DNA from: Phoronis australis
Taxonomy: Eukaryota > Animalia > Phoronida
Length of the DNA stretch: 64,000 bases
Reading direction: 5' to 3'
NCBI GenBank assembly: GCA_002633005.1
Contig: NMRA01000055.1
Coordinates: 986,282 to 1,050,281 of the forward strand
Notes under the pieces: model-generated
What the model saw: the letters and a program-made list of their open reading frames with translations, nothing else
What the model was told of the DNA's origin: nothing
Database searches by the model: none
Shown here: one piece after another, positions 62,221 to 64,000 of the stretch
How the letters are laid out: each line of letters starts with the position of its first letter
Numbering within the stretch: position 1 is the first letter of the stretch
Translations under genes and position numbers: made by a program

Positions 62221-64000
62221 NNNNNNNNNNNNNNNNNNNNNNNNNNNNNNNNNNNNNNNNNNNNNNNNNNNNNNNNNNNNNNNNNNNNNNNNNNNNNNNN
62301 NNNNNNNNNNNNNNNNNNNNNNNNNNNNNNNNNNNNNNNNNNNNNNNNNNNNNNNNNNNNNNNNNNNNNNNNNNNNNNNNNNNNNNNNNNNNNNNNGATG
62401 ACGTGCTGGGTGTTGTTGTTTAGACGACGAGCTGCGCCGTATATGTTAAAGACGTGTCTCCCAAGGCTGCAGCAGATTTGTCTATTCACAGGTTTGTAAA
62501 TCCGTTTTGTAAACCAGTTAACCGTTGGCTTCACGGCAACTTCTTTATCACCAAACAAACGACGTCAGTTGTAGACTTGGGGCATTGCAAACTTAAATTT
62601 ATTTATTAGGCCGACTATTTTAAAGACAATTTTGTATTATTCGATGTACACTGATGAACGAAAATCAAGGAACATCCGATCTTTGAATATGTCTTGTCTG
62701 CTAATTTACTTCTCTTTGTGTACTGTGATCTGAATTTGTTGATTTTCTGGCACTAACATTACATGTAAGTAAGCGCCAATTCTACAGTCGTTTTATTTTA
62801 TTCTTGGATTTTGGCGAACTTGGCAAAAAGACTGCGCACGGCGTGCATATTTCGAATTGTCGCAAGACATGCATGAATGGTTACATATCACATTGTAATG
62901 TCGCAGCTGGGTCATTTTCATTTTCATGCAAGGTTCCTCAGTTATATAGGGAGTGGAAACGATTCCATGAATTTCCTTCTAAATCCCAGCTTCAGTCCTC
63001 ACACTCACATTCCTGAGTCAGCAAATGCCAAACCCGTGAGCCATAAGCCCTTCTTGGTGTCTGTACTTAGATGCGCTGCCATACATGAAGACTCGTTTCC
63101 ACACCGTGTAATACATGTTGATTAACTCAGTCCCCGACGAATGACTCATCATTTCCTGGTTTCGGTTTCGATGTGATTGAAACTTGTTTTTTTGCTTGGA
63201 CTGTCTTTCATATTCAAGATAGACAATTTTTGAGCTCAATGCGAAACATTTGCTGAACGCAAAGTGAGTTCAATGGAATTCTTAACCATGCGTCTTTTTT
63301 GATAACAAAAAGCGGTTGATGTTTATTCCCCAAAAATGTCATGTCACAACCCTCTTCTGTTTTGTGGCTCTTAATGGGGCCATTTTGCTTAAGATGGCAT
63401 ATCAGGTTGGCAAATGACAATTAATTTGTTTAGTTGCACGCTAAGATCCGACTAAACCGTGCTTGTTAATGTATTGCTAACCCGTGTCCAGCTGTTTCTG
63501 GGTTTTGCAGTGCCTACGCAAATTTCAGTGCCTTTTCAGTCTACTGAAAATCGCGAAAAGGTTATTCTGTGTCCAACTGGCACATGACCAAGCGTTGTGT
63601 TTTTAACAATCAAAATACTCAATTCAATTTCGCATTCTCGGGAACAAAAATGGTATCAGAAAAGCGCTTTATTGCAACTCCCCGCAGTCGCTTTTTGACG
63701 ACATGATCCAGCGTCTACTTGAACGTGCACTCAAATGAGCGATTTTTGTTTAGACCATTACCACAAACATTTGGTCAGTACTTGTTCCTGGGTGGGATAT
63801 GAAAGGATTTCTGGGTTAAATATCCGACGCCTCGTTATTCCTTGAGACTATGCTCGATGTAAAAAATGTTACAAATGAACTTGAAGAACCAGTCGTCTCC
63901 TGCTGTAACGAACTGCCAGTTCCTTCGAAGCTCTCAACAATTTTGAGACCAACTTCATAACGGAAGGTTTTTTAATAAAAATGTTTTTGTGACGGAAAGC

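Overview
Eukaryotic, intron-rich, AT-rich animal DNA with several N gaps; the gene and repeat families suggest a lophotrochozoan-type invertebrate (inference). Three spliced + strand genes can be rebuilt by hand from GT-AG sites with consistent phases. (1) Sterol carrier protein X (SCP2/SCPx thiolase plus SCP2 domain, ending in the PTS1 signal SKL): 15 exons at 1649-17097, first exon upstream of the window. (2) A secreted chymotrypsin/elastase-type S1A serine protease: 6 exons at 26858-35491. (3) A 3-exon, about 495-aa gene at 44703-48441 that fuses an N-terminal CARD to a stonustoxin/verrucotoxin-type MACPF-like domain and a helical tail. It has no signal peptide and has DxxD motifs in the linker, so it is a candidate death-fold-coupled pore-forming immune effector and the most notable item here. 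The rest is transposon debris: two inverted Penelope-like (GIY-YIG) copies in protease introns, one with a hammerhead-like core; a Helentron/HINE-like element with repeated CTCF-like motifs; an internally deleted Academ-like element; a Kolobok-like end with a KolX/P2X7-ballast-like remnant; a tRNA-derived SINE; a LINE RT fragment; MITEs; and duplicated blocks at 48.7-62 kb, some probably assembly artefacts. All family assignments come from motif recognition, not database searches.
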